From Burkholderiaceae bacterium (GTDB lineage: Bacteria; Pseudomonadota; Gammaproteobacteria; Burkholderiales; Burkholderiaceae_E): a DNA stretch of 64,000 bases. The notes under the pieces are model-generated. The model was given only the letters and a program-made list of their open reading frames with translations. It was not told the DNA's origin and made no database searches. Position numbers and translations under genes: made by a program. The stretch covers positions 51,331 to 115,330 of the forward strand of contig JBDHRX010000001.1 in assembly GCA_039807785.1 (NCBI GenBank), given 5' to 3'. Positions 1 to 9,729 of the stretch are shown in pieces. The stretch's first letter is position 1, and every line of letters begins with the position of its first letter.

Positions 1-620
1 TGGAAACCCGCCCAGAGCTGCGGGTACTCCGGATACCCGTCATAGTCGAACCAGGTCACCGCCAGCCCCCGGTCGACGAAGAGGTCTTCATCCAGATAGC
101 TCCTTGCCGCAGGTCCCGAAACGTACTCCGATGCCCCTGCTTGAATGCAGAGGTCGAGCAGGCGCCGACTCTTGCCGTCGACGAGACGATAGTCCCATGA
201 GTTGGTGATTCGCGTGCCGATCCCGAGGTACCCGCAAACGCACTCGATCAGATCGCGATTGAGCGCCGACAGGCTCGCGTGCTCGCGTTCGCGGTACACG
301 GGCTCGATCAGGCCGGAGATCTGCCCGAACCATGGCGCGCGCCGGTAGTTCCCGCAAAGTGTCTTCCAATGCAATGCCTTCCACGCTTCATGGGGCAGCG
401 CCACGTCGCGGATGCGACGCCGGATATCGCTGCCGACCGGGACGGTCAGCCACTGCAGGCCCGACGGCGTCTTGATCCGATTGCGATTCCTCCAGTCGTT
501 CTTCGTGAACTGGGCATCGTCGAAGAGGACGAATTCGTCGACGGTCGCGATCAGATCGAAATAGCCCTTCCAGGGAATGTAGTTCGACTGGACGATCGCA
601 ACGCTCTTGGCCGGCGGCAT
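1..620 (-). CDS. WbqC-like family protein (3' end runs off the window)
   Basis: Manual translation from ATG at 620: MPPAKSVAIVQSNYIPWKGYFDLI..DDAQFTKNDWRNRNRIKT..YVSGPAARSYLD, typical WbqC motifs; not in the ORF track. Confidence 0.85.
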   Translation of the reverse strand, partial: MPPAKSVAIVQSNYIPWKGYFDLIATVDEFVLFDDAQFTKNDWRNRNRIKTPSGLQWLTVPVGSDIRRRIRDVALPHEAWKALHWKTLCGNYRRAPWFGQISGLIEPVYREREHASLSALNRDLIECVCGYLGIGTRITNSWDYRLVDGKSRRLLDLCIQAGASEYVSGPAARSYLDEDLFVDRGLAVTWFDYDGYPEYPQLWAGF

Positions 621-634
621 GATGCCTCGACAGG

Positions 635-1696
635 CTACTCGGTCACGGGCTTCCGCGCACCGTCCGGATCGCACCTCCGGACGGTCTCGGCAACCCAGGC
701 CGGATTCCCGAGATACCAGTCGACCGTCTTGCGCAGGCCGTCGGCGAAGGTTTCACGGGGCTCCCAGCCGAGCGTCTTCGCGATCTTCTCCGCATCGATC
801 GCGTAGCGCCGATCGTGCCCGGGCCGATCGGGCACGAACGAAATCTGCTCCGCATATCCGCGTCCGTCGGTCCGGGGCCTCGATGCATCCAGCAGCGAGC
901 AGATCGCGCGGACGACGTCCAGGTTCGAGCGCTCGCTGCTGCCCCCGATGTTGTACACCTCGCCGACGACTCCCGCTTCCAGCACGCGCCGAAGCGCGCT
1001 GCAATGGTCGTCCACATACAACCAGTCTCGCCGCTGGCATCCGTCTCCATAGAGGGGAATGGCGCCGCCCGATAGCGCCCGCTCGATGCACAGGGGGATC
1101 AGCTTCTCGGGCAACTGGAACGGTCCGAAGTTGTTCGAGCAGCAGGTCGTGAGCGCCGGGAAGCCGTAGGTTCTGTGGTATGCCCGTACCAGGTGTTCGG
1201 ACGCGGCCTTGCTGGCCGAGTACGGACTGTTCGGGGCATGGCGATGGCGTTCGGTGAACGCGGGCTCGTCGGCGGCAAGCGAACCGTAGACCTCGTCGGT
1301 CGAGACATGCAGGAAGCGGAACCTCGTCCGCTGCCGATCCGGCAAGGCGGCCCAATGTGCCCGGCATGCTTCCAGAAGCTGGAAGGTACCGACGACGTTC
1401 GTCTGGATGAAATCTCCCGGGCCACGGATCGAGCGATCGACATGACTCTCCGCCGCCAGGTTCACCACCGCGCGGACGGCGTGCTTGCGGAGCAACCCGA
1501 GGACGAGGTCGAAGTCGCCGATATCGCCCCGGACGAAGACATGGCGATCGTCACCGGAGACGTCGGCGATGTTGGAGAGGCTTCCGGCGTAGGTGAGCTT
1601 GTCCAGGTTGAGCAATTGCTCGTCCCCGGTCGACAGCCAGCCGCGCACGAAGTTCGAGCCGATGAAACCGGCCCCGCCGGTCACGAGGATACTCAT
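635..1696 (-). CDS. rfbB: dTDP-glucose 4,6-dehydratase
   Basis: GGAGFIG, AAESHVDRS, STDEVYG, YSASK, DRPGHDRRY motifs. Confidence 0.95.
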   Translation of the reverse strand: MSILVTGGAGFIGSNFVRGWLSTGDEQLLNLDKLTYAGSLSNIADVSGDDRHVFVRGDIGDFDLVLGLLRKHAVRAVVNLAAESHVDRSIRGPGDFIQTNVVGTFQLLEACRAHWAALPDRQRTRFRFLHVSTDEVYGSLAADEPAFTERHRHAPNSPYSASKAASEHLVRAYHRTYGFPALTTCCSNNFGPFQLPEKLIPLCIERALSGGAIPLYGDGCQRRDWLYVDDHCSALRRVLEAGVVGEVYNIGGSSERSNLDVVRAICSLLDASRPRTDGRGYAEQISFVPDRPGHDRRYAIDAEKIAKTLGWEPRETFADGLRKTVDWYLGNPAWVAETVRRCDPDGARKPVTE

Positions 1697-1778
1697 GATG
1701 GAAATTCTACCTACGTACTACGCCATCCGAGATCTCGTCGCTGCGGCCCCGCAACGCCGAAGGCCATGGACGCGATGG

Positions 1779-2489
1779 TCAATGCGGATCGCCCGCGACC
1801 GCCGCCCCCCGCGCGACCAGCGACGATACCGCCTCGACCACGAACCCCTCCCATTGCGCCTGTGCGTCGGCCGTCCCGAGATTCTCGCCGAGGAACACCG
1901 ACAGGGTGTGCCGGTTCGACTGGTAGAAGTAACCCATCGAGGCGATCATCAGGTAGACGTCGCGCGCCCGCAGGTCGGCGCGGAACACGCCCTGCCGCAC
2001 CCCGCTCTCGAGCACCCGCGCGATCACGCCGACCGCCGGCAGCGAGTACTGCCGCGCGCGCGGCGAGCGCGCGATATGACGCCCCTCGTGCAGGTTCTCG
2101 GCGTTGAGCAGCGCGACGAACTCGGGATGCGCACGGTAGTAGCCGCAGATGAAGCGGACGACGGCACCCAGGGCCTCGACCGGACGCTCCGGGTCGATCG
2201 CGATCCGCGACTCGGCCTCGTTGAAGCGGCGGTAGATCTCCTCGAGCGCCTCGACGAACAGGCCCTCCTTGCTGCCGAACCAGTAGTAGATCATCCGGTC
2301 GTACGATCCGGCGGCCTTCGAGATCTGCTCGACCCGTCCGCCGTCGTAGCCGTGGCGTGCGAACACCTCGATCGCGGCATTGAGGATGGCGTCCCGGGTC
2401 GCCTGCGCGGCGCGCTCGCGAACGCCCGGGCCGCCGTTCGCGGCCGTCTTCGCCGGGACGCGGGGAGTCGCGCGCGCGGGTGCCGGCAT
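1779..2489 (-). CDS. TetR-family transcriptional regulator (NicS/RutR-like)
   Basis: HTH ILNAAIEVFARHGY..MIYYWFGSKEGLF; start placed at ATG 2489, just after the fpr stop. Confidence 0.85.
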   Translation of the reverse strand: MPAPARATPRVPAKTAANGGPGVRERAAQATRDAILNAAIEVFARHGYDGGRVEQISKAAGSYDRMIYYWFGSKEGLFVEALEEIYRRFNEAESRIAIDPERPVEALGAVVRFICGYYRAHPEFVALLNAENLHEGRHIARSPRARQYSLPAVGVIARVLESGVRQGVFRADLRARDVYLMIASMGYFYQSNRHTLSVFLGENLGTADAQAQWEGFVVEAVSSLVARGAAVAGDPH

Positions 2490-2509
2490 CGTGCGTCCGG
2501 TCGCCCGGG

Positions 2510-3283
2510 CTACTGCTCGGCGAACGCGCGCTCGACGACGAAGTCGCCGGGCCTCGACGTGTTGCCCTCGTGGAAGCCGCGCGCCTCGAGCATCCGCTTG
2601 AGGTCGCGCAGCATCGCCGGGCTGCCGCACAGCATCACCCGGTCGTCGGCCGGGTCGAGCGGCGGCACGCCGAGATCGGCGAACAGCTTGCCGCTTTCCA
2701 TCAGCTCGGTGATCCGGCCCATGTTCACGAACTCCTCGCGCGTCACCGTCGGGTAGTAGCGCAGCTTGGTCGCCACCATCTCGCCGAGGAACTCGTCCGA
2801 AGGCAGGTGCCTGATCAGGTAGTCGTGATAAGCCAGCTCGTCGACCTCGCGCACGCTGTGCACCAGGATCACCTGGTCGAAGCGCTCGTAGGTCTGCGGA
2901 TCGCGCGCCACGCTCATGAACGGGGCCAGGCCGGTGCCGGTGGCGAGCAGGTAGAGCCGCCTGCCCGGCAGCAGGTAGTCGATCAGCAGCGTGCCGGTCG
3001 GCTTGCGGCCGACGATGATGCGGTCGCCCGGCTGGATGTGCTGCAGCTTCGAGGTGAGCGGCCCGCCCGGCACCTTGATGCTGAGGAACTCCAGGTGGTC
3101 CTCGTAGTTCGGGCTCACGATGCTGTAGGCGCGCAGCAGCTTCTTGCCGCCCTCCTCCAGGCCGATCATCGTGAAATGGCCGTTGCTGAAGCGCAGCGAC
3201 TGGTCGCGCGTGGTGGTGAAGCTGAACAGCCGGTCGGTCCAGTGGTGGACGCTCAGCACCTGTTCTTCGTGGAAAGCGCTCAT
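2510..3283 (-). CDS. fpr: Ferredoxin--NADP+ reductase
   Basis: RAYSIVS, GPLTSKL, ATGTGLAPF, MLCGSP, C-terminal ERAFAEQ. Confidence 0.95.
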   Translation of the reverse strand: MSAFHEEQVLSVHHWTDRLFSFTTTRDQSLRFSNGHFTMIGLEEGGKKLLRAYSIVSPNYEDHLEFLSIKVPGGPLTSKLQHIQPGDRIIVGRKPTGTLLIDYLLPGRRLYLLATGTGLAPFMSVARDPQTYERFDQVILVHSVREVDELAYHDYLIRHLPSDEFLGEMVATKLRYYPTVTREEFVNMGRITELMESGKLFADLGVPPLDPADDRVMLCGSPAMLRDLKRMLEARGFHEGNTSRPGDFVVERAFAEQ

Positions 3284-3303
3284 GAGGCGGTGTCGCTCCG
3301 CTG

Positions 3304-3337
3304 GCATTTCAATGTAGTAAATACTACATTGAAATGC
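3304..3337. promoter_or_regulatory. Perfect 16-bp inverted repeat (putative operator) upstream of fpr-tetR
   Basis: GCATTTCAATGTAGTA-AA-TACTACATTGAAATGC; AT-rich in a GC-rich context, 20 nt from the fpr ATG. Confidence 0.75.
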
Positions 3338-3401
3338 GGCGCCACGACAACCGGGACCCGGGCCGGCGCCGGCGGCGCGACGCCGCCTCGCGAGGCCCGG
3401 G

Positions 3402-3956
3402 CTACGGGTCGAACAGCCCCGGCTCCCGGCCGATGCGCGCGCCCTCGATCCGGAGCAGCCGCAGCTTGGTCGCCACCCCGCCCCGGGCCGAGAAGCCGCC
3501 GGAGCGCCCGGCGGCGGCCAGGACGCGATGACACGGCACCACCGGCGCGAACGGGTTCCGGCCGAGCGCGCGGCCGACGGCGCGCGCGGCCCCGGGCTCC
3601 CCGAGCAGAGACGCCACCTCCCCGTAGGTCAGCGTCCGGCCGGGGACGATCGCGCGTACCAGCCCGTAGACGCGGCATTCGAACGGGGATACGGCGCGCA
3701 TGTCGAGCTCGATATCGCGCAGGTCGTCGGGCACGCCATCCAGCAGGCCACGGATCCGGGCGATCGCGGCCCCGACCCGTGGGGGCGGCGGCGCCTCGGG
3801 CGCGCCGGGGAAGTCGCGGCGCATGCGGGCGCGGGTGCGGGCATCGTCGCCCTCGGGCAGCTGGACGCCGACCAGGCCCCGGTCGCCCCAGGCGATGCCG
3901 CAACCGCCCAGGGCGGTGTCGAACAGTGCGAATCCGGCGGCTGGGGCGACGGGCAT
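3402..3956 (-). CDS. ogt: Methylated-DNA--protein-cysteine methyltransferase
   Basis: ARAVGRAL..NP..VPCHRV active-site motif. Confidence 0.9.
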   Translation of the reverse strand: MPVAPAAGFALFDTALGGCGIAWGDRGLVGVQLPEGDDARTRARMRRDFPGAPEAPPPPRVGAAIARIRGLLDGVPDDLRDIELDMRAVSPFECRVYGLVRAIVPGRTLTYGEVASLLGEPGAARAVGRALGRNPFAPVVPCHRVLAAAGRSGGFSARGGVATKLRLLRIEGARIGREPGLFDP

Positions 3957-3995
3957 CCGGGCTCTCCGGGGGCGACGACCGCCCCGGGCCCGATC

Positions 3996-5099
3996 CTACG
4001 ACAGTCGCGTCGCGAGCGTCGCCACGATGCGCTCGGCGGCGTGGCCATCCCAGAACTGCGGGCTGCGGCCGGTCTTGCCCCGTCCCGCGAGCACGGCGTC
4101 GGCGGCGGCGAGGATCTTCGATGGGTCGACCCCGACGACGGTGTTGGTCCCTTCGTCGACGGTCACCGGCCGCTCGGTGTTCTCGCGCAGCGTCACGCAG
4201 GCGATGCCGAGGGCGGTGGTTTCCTCCTGCAGGCCGCCGCTGTCCGTGAGGATCAGGCTCGCGTCCTTCCAGAGGTTCAGGAAGTCCATGTACGACAGCG
4301 GCTTGGTGAGGGTCACGCCCGGCCCCAGGTCGAGCCCGAACCGCTCCAGGTTGCCGCGGGTGCGCGGATGCACCGGGAACACCAGCGGCAGCCGCCCCGC
4401 GATCTCGCGCAGGGCGGCGGCGATGCCGGCCAGCGTCTCGCGGTCGTCGACGTTCGAGGGCCGGTGCATCGTCACCACGCCGTAGCGGCCGAGCCGCGCC
4501 TTCAGCGCCTCGCTCTCGAAGCCGCCCTTGTCGGCGGCGGCGAGCCGGTCGCGCTGGTAGAAGAGGTTGTCGACCATCACGTGGCCGACGAAGAACACCT
4601 GGTCCTGGGCCTTGCCCTCGCGCAGCAGGTTCGCCACGCCCGCGGGCTCGGTCACGAAGAACCAGTCGCTGATCGAGTCCGTGACCAGCCGGTTGATCTC
4701 CTCGGGCATGCGCAGGTCGCCGCTGCGCAGCCCCGCCTCGACGTGCGCGACCGGGATGTGCAGCTTCTTCGCCACGATCGAGCAGGCCAGCGTCGAGTTC
4801 ACGTCGCCCACCACCAGCACGCAGTCGGGGCGCTGCGCCTGGCAGATCTCCTCGAAGGCGATCATGATCTTCGCGGTCTGGGTCGCGTGGCTGCCGCCGC
4901 CGGCCTCGAGATGGAAATCGGGCTTCGGGATGCCCAGTTCCTCGAAGAACACGTCGCTCATCTCGCGGTCGTAGTGCTGCCCGGTGTGGACCAGCCGGTA
5001 GTCGAACGCGTCGCGCCGCGCCTCGAGGGCACGCACGATCGGCGCGATCTTCATGAAGTTCGGGCGGGCGCCGGCGACGAGGTAGAGGGTCTTCTTCAT
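3996..5099 (-). CDS. wecB: UDP-N-acetylglucosamine 2-epimerase (non-hydrolysing)
   Basis: GARPNFMK, HTGQH, HVEAGLRS, PEEINR, TDSGGLQEE. Confidence 0.93.
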   Translation of the reverse strand: MKKTLYLVAGARPNFMKIAPIVRALEARRDAFDYRLVHTGQHYDREMSDVFFEELGIPKPDFHLEAGGGSHATQTAKIMIAFEEICQAQRPDCVLVVGDVNSTLACSIVAKKLHIPVAHVEAGLRSGDLRMPEEINRLVTDSISDWFFVTEPAGVANLLREGKAQDQVFFVGHVMVDNLFYQRDRLAAADKGGFESEALKARLGRYGVVTMHRPSNVDDRETLAGIAAALREIAGRLPLVFPVHPRTRGNLERFGLDLGPGVTLTKPLSYMDFLNLWKDASLILTDSGGLQEETTALGIACVTLRENTERPVTVDEGTNTVVGVDPSKILAAADAVLAGRGKTGRSPQFWDGHAAERIVATLATRLS

Positions 5100-5189
5100 C
5101 CGCGTGATTCTACGGGCCGGCCGGGGCCCGCACCGCCGAGTAAGTCACGGGCGAGCGCCGTTGGCGCGGAATCGAAGGATAATCTGTCG

Positions 5190-6029
5190 ATGCCCGCTCG
5201 TTCCGCCATCGAAGACGAAATCTGGGCCGTCGGCGATCTCCAGGGCTGCCTCGACGGCCTGCTGCGCCTGTTGCCGCAATTGCCCGCCGACGCCCGCCTC
5301 TGGATGCCCGGCGACCTCGTCAACCGCGGGCCGCGCTCGGCCGACAGCCTGCGCTGGGCGATGGCCCAGGGCGAACGGCTGGTCACCGTGCTGGGCAACC
5401 ACGACCTGCACCTGCTGGCCGTGGCGGCCGGCATCCGCCGGGCGCACCGCACCGACACGCTCCACGACATCCTGGACGCGCCGGACCGCGACACGCTGAT
5501 CGACTGGGTTCGCTCGCGTCCGCTCGCGCACTACGAGCACGGCTGGCTGATGGTGCACGCCGGCGTGCTGCCGCAGTGGTCGGTCGAACGCACGCTGGCG
5601 CTGGCCGCCGAGGTGCAGCAGGTGCTGTCGGGCCCCGACTGGATCGCCTTCGTGCGCGAGATGTACGGCAACGAGCCGGCCGCGTGGTCCGATTCGCTGC
5701 GCGGCAACGATCGCCTGCGGGTGATCGTCAACGCGCTGACCCGGATCCGCTTCTGCACGCCGGAGGGCCGGATGGACTTCACGGCGAAGGAGGGGATCGG
5801 GCACGCGCCGTCCGGCCACCTGCCCTGGTTCGAGGTCCCGGGACGGGCGAGCGCGGGCGCGCCGATCGTGTTCGGGCACTGGGCCGCCCTGGGATTCATG
5901 GACCGCCCCGACCTGCTGGCGATCGACACCGGCTGCGTCTGGGGACGCGAGCTCACCGCCGTGCGACTGTCCGACCGGAGCCGCCGGTCGGTCTCGTGCG
6001 CCGGCCTCGGCGCCGCCGCCGCGTCCTGA
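5190..6029 (+). CDS. apaH: Symmetrical bis(5'-nucleosyl)-tetraphosphatase
   Basis: GDLQGC, GDLVNRGP, LGNHDLHL, FGHWAAL, DTGCVWG. Confidence 0.93.
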   Translation: MPARSAIEDEIWAVGDLQGCLDGLLRLLPQLPADARLWMPGDLVNRGPRSADSLRWAMAQGERLVTVLGNHDLHLLAVAAGIRRAHRTDTLHDILDAPDRDTLIDWVRSRPLAHYEHGWLMVHAGVLPQWSVERTLALAAEVQQVLSGPDWIAFVREMYGNEPAAWSDSLRGNDRLRVIVNALTRIRFCTPEGRMDFTAKEGIGHAPSGHLPWFEVPGRASAGAPIVFGHWAALGFMDRPDLLAIDTGCVWGRELTAVRLSDRSRRSVSCAGLGAAAAS

Positions 6030-6072
6030 GCCGGGCGCGCCGGCGGCCGACCCCGACCCCGGCATCGGCCGC

Positions 6073-7398
6073 TCAGGCCGGGCGGCCGATCGCCTCGTAG
6101 CGCAGGCCCGCCTCGCGGACCCGTTGCGGGTCGTACAGATTGCGGCCGTCGATCAGCACCGGCCGGCGCATCGTCGCCCGCAGCCGGGCGAAGTCCGGAC
6201 TGCGGAACTCGCGCCATTCGGTCACGACGAACAGCACGTCGGCGCCCTCGGCGGCCCGGTAGGGGTCGTCGACGGTAGCGAAACCCTCCCGGCCGGCGAA
6301 CGCGGCCCGGGTGTTCGCCGCCGCCTCGGGGTCGTAGCCGACGACGCTCGCGCCGGCCCCGAGCAGACGGTCGATCAGCACCAGGCTCGGCGCCTCGCGG
6401 ATGTCGTCGGTGTCCGGCTTGAACGCGAGGCCCCAGAGCGCGGCGCGCAGGTTCCGGAGCTCGCCCTCGAACACTCGCAGGGCCTTGTCGAACAGTACCC
6501 GCTTCTGCCGCTCGTTGGCCTCGAACGCCGCCTGCACGATCGTCAGCGGGGCGTGGTGCTCCTGGCTGGTGCGCAACAGCGCGCGCAGGTCCTTCGGGAA
6601 GCACGACCCGCCGAATCCCGCGCCCGGATACAGGAAGCCCGGCCCGATCCGCGGATCGCTGCCGATGCCGCGACGCACGTCCTCGATGTCGGCGCCGAGC
6701 CGTTCGGCCAGCCCGGCCAGCTCGTTCATGAACGAGATCCGCACCGCCAGCATCGTGTTCGCCGCGTACTTGGTCAGCTCGGCGGACCGCACGTCCATCA
6801 CGATCAGCTTCTCGTGATTGCGCGAGAACGGCGCGTAGAGCGCGCGCATCACCTCGGTGGCCCACGGGTCGCGGCTGCCGATCACGATCCGGTCCGGGCG
6901 CATGAAGTCGCCGATCGCGGCGCCCTCCTTCAGGAACTCGGGGTTCGACACCACCGAGAACGGATGCGAGACGCCGCGCCGCGCGAACTCCGCCGCGATC
7001 GTCTCGCGCACCCGGTCCGCGGTTCCGACCGGCACGGTGCTCTTGTCGACGATCACGCACCGGGCCTCGAGCAGCGTGCCGACGGTCCGCGCCACCGCGA
7101 GGACGTGCGAGAGGTCGGCCGACCCGTCCTCGCCCGGTGGCGTGCCCACCGCGATGAAGACGACCTCGGCGCCCGGCAGCGCCTCGACCGGATCGTCGGT
7201 GAAGCGGATCCGCTGCTGCGTCAGGCCGCGCTCGAGCAGCGGCGCCAGCCCCGGCTCGTGGATCGGCACCTCGCCGCGATTCAGGCGCGCCACGCGCCCG
7301 GCGTCGACGTCGACGCAGCTCACGTGGTTGCCCATCTCGGCGAAGCAGGCGGCGGTGACCAGCCCCACGTAGCCGGCGCCGAAAACGGTGATGCGCAT
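6073..7398 (-). CDS. ugd: UDP-glucose 6-dehydrogenase
   Basis: GAGYVG, SNPEFLKEG, GFGGSCFPKD, FKPDTDDIRE. Confidence 0.93.
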   Translation of the reverse strand: MRITVFGAGYVGLVTAACFAEMGNHVSCVDVDAGRVARLNRGEVPIHEPGLAPLLERGLTQQRIRFTDDPVEALPGAEVVFIAVGTPPGEDGSADLSHVLAVARTVGTLLEARCVIVDKSTVPVGTADRVRETIAAEFARRGVSHPFSVVSNPEFLKEGAAIGDFMRPDRIVIGSRDPWATEVMRALYAPFSRNHEKLIVMDVRSAELTKYAANTMLAVRISFMNELAGLAERLGADIEDVRRGIGSDPRIGPGFLYPGAGFGGSCFPKDLRALLRTSQEHHAPLTIVQAAFEANERQKRVLFDKALRVFEGELRNLRAALWGLAFKPDTDDIREAPSLVLIDRLLGAGASVVGYDPEAAANTRAAFAGREGFATVDDPYRAAEGADVLFVVTEWREFRSPDFARLRATMRRPVLIDGRNLYDPQRVREAGLRYEAIGRPA

Positions 7399-7416
7399 CG
7401 TGTCCTCGACCCCGCG

Positions 7417-8442
7417 TCAGTCGATTCGATGGTAGGCGCGGAACCAGTCGACGAAGGCGCGCAGGCCCTCGTCGAGCGGAACCCGCGGCGCGAAGCCGGT
7501 CAGGCGCGAGAGCTTGTCGGTGCACGAGCAGGTGCGCTCGACGTCGCCCGGCTGCATGCCCATCTCGTTGCGCAGCGCGCGCCGCCCGGTGATCGATTCG
7601 AGCGCGTCGATCAGCGCGTTGACGCTCACCGGATCGCTGCGCCCCAGGTTCACCACCTCGTACGGCGCCCAGCTCGTGTCGGGCCCGCCGGCGTTCCAGT
7701 CGGACGGATCGGCCGATCCGGGCGCCGCGGGCGGGCGCTCCAGGAGCCGCAGCGTCGCCTCGACGGTATCGTCGACGTAGGTGAAGTCGCGCGACAGCAC
7801 GCCTCCGGCATAGACGTCGATCGGCCGGCCGCGCAGCAGCGCGTCGGTGAACTTCCAGATGGCCATGTCGGGCCGGCCCCAGGGGCCGTACACCGTGAAG
7901 TAGCGCAGGCCGGTGACCGGCAGCGAGAACAGGTGCGCGTAGCTGTGCGCCATCAGCTCGTTCGCGCGCTTGGTCGCCGCATAGAGGCTGACCGGATGAT
8001 CGACCGGGTCGCGCTCCGAGAACGGCACCTTCCGGTTGGCGCCGTAGACGCTCGAGCTGCTCGCGAACACGAGATGGGCGGTCCGCAGGCGCCGGCAGGC
8101 CTCGAGGATCACGGTCATGCCGGTGAGGTTGCTCTCGGAGTAGGCCATCGGGTTCGAGAGCGCGTACCGGACGCCCGCCTGGGCGGCCAGGTGGACCACC
8201 TGGCGCGGCCGGTAGCGGTCGAACAGCGCGTCGACGGCGGCGCGGTCCGACACGTCGGCCCGGTGGAACTCGAAGCCCGCGACGGTTTCGAGCGTGGCCA
8301 GCCGCGCGTGCTTGAGCCGCGGGTCGTAGTAGTCGTTCAGGCTGTCGATGCCGACGACGGCCCGGCCGCCGGCGAGCAGGCGCCGGCACAGGTGCATGCC
8401 GATGAAGCCGGCCGCCCCGGTGACGAGGACGGGGTCGCGCAT
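7417..8442 (-). CDS. NAD-dependent epimerase (UDP-glucuronate 4-epimerase-like)
   Basis: VTGAAGFIG, HLAAQAGVRY, SLYAATK, YGPWGRPDMA; ATG at 8442. Confidence 0.88.
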   Translation of the reverse strand: MRDPVLVTGAAGFIGMHLCRRLLAGGRAVVGIDSLNDYYDPRLKHARLATLETVAGFEFHRADVSDRAAVDALFDRYRPRQVVHLAAQAGVRYALSNPMAYSESNLTGMTVILEACRRLRTAHLVFASSSSVYGANRKVPFSERDPVDHPVSLYAATKRANELMAHSYAHLFSLPVTGLRYFTVYGPWGRPDMAIWKFTDALLRGRPIDVYAGGVLSRDFTYVDDTVEATLRLLERPPAAPGSADPSDWNAGGPDTSWAPYEVVNLGRSDPVSVNALIDALESITGRRALRNEMGMQPGDVERTCSCTDKLSRLTGFAPRVPLDEGLRAFVDWFRAYHRID

Positions 8443-8444
8443 CG

Positions 8445-9725
8445 TCAGCGCTCGAACGCGACCCGCCCGTCGACCACGGTGAAGCGGACCCGGCCGGTCA
8501 CTTCCATCCCGAGATAGGGCGTGTGCCGGCCCTGGCTCAGCAGCCCCTCCCGGGTCACCGTCCAGGGCTCGGAGGGGTCGAACACGCACAGGTCGGCCGG
8601 CGCGCCGACGCCGATCCGGCCCACGTCGGCCGACGGGCCGAGCACCGCGCTCGCGCCGCAGGTCACCTTGCCGAGCGCGGCGGGCAGTCCGGTGCGCGTC
8701 TCGCCGGCCCATTTCAGCACCAGCGGCAGCAGCAGCTCGAGTCCGGTCACGCCGGGCTCGGCCTCGGCGAACGGAAGCTGCTTGGCGTCGTCGTCCACCG
8801 GCGTGTGGTCGGAGCAGATCGCATCGAGCGTGCCGTCGGCGAGCGCGGCGCGAATGGCGTCGCGGTCGCGCTGCGAGCGAAACGGCGGATCGACGCGGTA
8901 CTGGCTGTCGAAGTAGCCCACGTCGACGTCGATCAGGTGCAGGTGATGCACGGCGACGTCGGCGCTCACCGGCAACCCTTCGGCCTTCGCCCGGCGCACC
9001 AGCTCGAGCCCCGCGGCCGAGGACATCCGGCACAGGTGCACGCGGCAGCCGGTCTCCCGCACCAGGTCGAGGAGGGTGTGCAGCGCGATGGTCTCGGCCG
9101 AGACCGGGATCCCCGCCAGCCCCATCCGGGCGGCGACCGGCCCGCTGTGCGCGACGCCGCCGCGCGACAGGTGCGGATCCTGCGGGCGGACCCAGACGGT
9201 GAAGCCGTAGGTATTCGCGTAGAGCATCGCGCGCAGCAGCACCTGCGTGTCGACGATCGGGGCGCCGGCCTGCGAGAAGCCGACGCAGCCGGCCTCGGCC
9301 AGCTCGGCCATCTCGGTCAGGATCTCGCCCTTCAGCCCGACCGTCAGCGCGCCCAGCGGGAACAGGTGCGCCTGGTCGAGCCCGCGCGCCCGGTGCTTGA
9401 GCATCTCGACCAGGCCGGGCTCGTCGAGCGGCGGATCGGTGTCCGGCGGGCACGACAGCGCCGTCACGCCGCCGGCGAGCGCCGCGCGCATCTCGGACTC
9501 CAGCGTCGCCTTGTACTCGAAGCCCGGCTCGCGCAGCCGGGCGGCGAGGTCCACCAGCCCCGGGGCGACCGCCAGCCCCGACGCGTCGAGCCGGCGGTCG
9601 GCGTCGAACCCCTGCGGCGCCGGGCCGATCGCGACGATGCGCCCGTCGGCGACGTGCAGGTCGGCGCGCCGCTCGGTCGCCGAGGCCGGGTCGACGATGC
9701 GGCCGTCGAGAATGGAGAGTCTCAT
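8445..9725 (-). CDS. pyrC: Dihydroorotase-like protein (PyrC', probably catalytically inactive partner of ATCase)
   Basis: DHOase fold, but DLAARLREPG replaces the metal-binding HxH; adjacent to pyrB. Confidence 0.85.
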   Translation of the reverse strand: MRLSILDGRIVDPASATERRADLHVADGRIVAIGPAPQGFDADRRLDASGLAVAPGLVDLAARLREPGFEYKATLESEMRAALAGGVTALSCPPDTDPPLDEPGLVEMLKHRARGLDQAHLFPLGALTVGLKGEILTEMAELAEAGCVGFSQAGAPIVDTQVLLRAMLYANTYGFTVWVRPQDPHLSRGGVAHSGPVAARMGLAGIPVSAETIALHTLLDLVRETGCRVHLCRMSSAAGLELVRRAKAEGLPVSADVAVHHLHLIDVDVGYFDSQYRVDPPFRSQRDRDAIRAALADGTLDAICSDHTPVDDDAKQLPFAEAEPGVTGLELLLPLVLKWAGETRTGLPAALGKVTCGASAVLGPSADVGRIGVGAPADLCVFDPSEPWTVTREGLLSQGRHTPYLGMEVTGRVRFTVVDGRVAFER

Positions 9726-9729
9726 GCGT

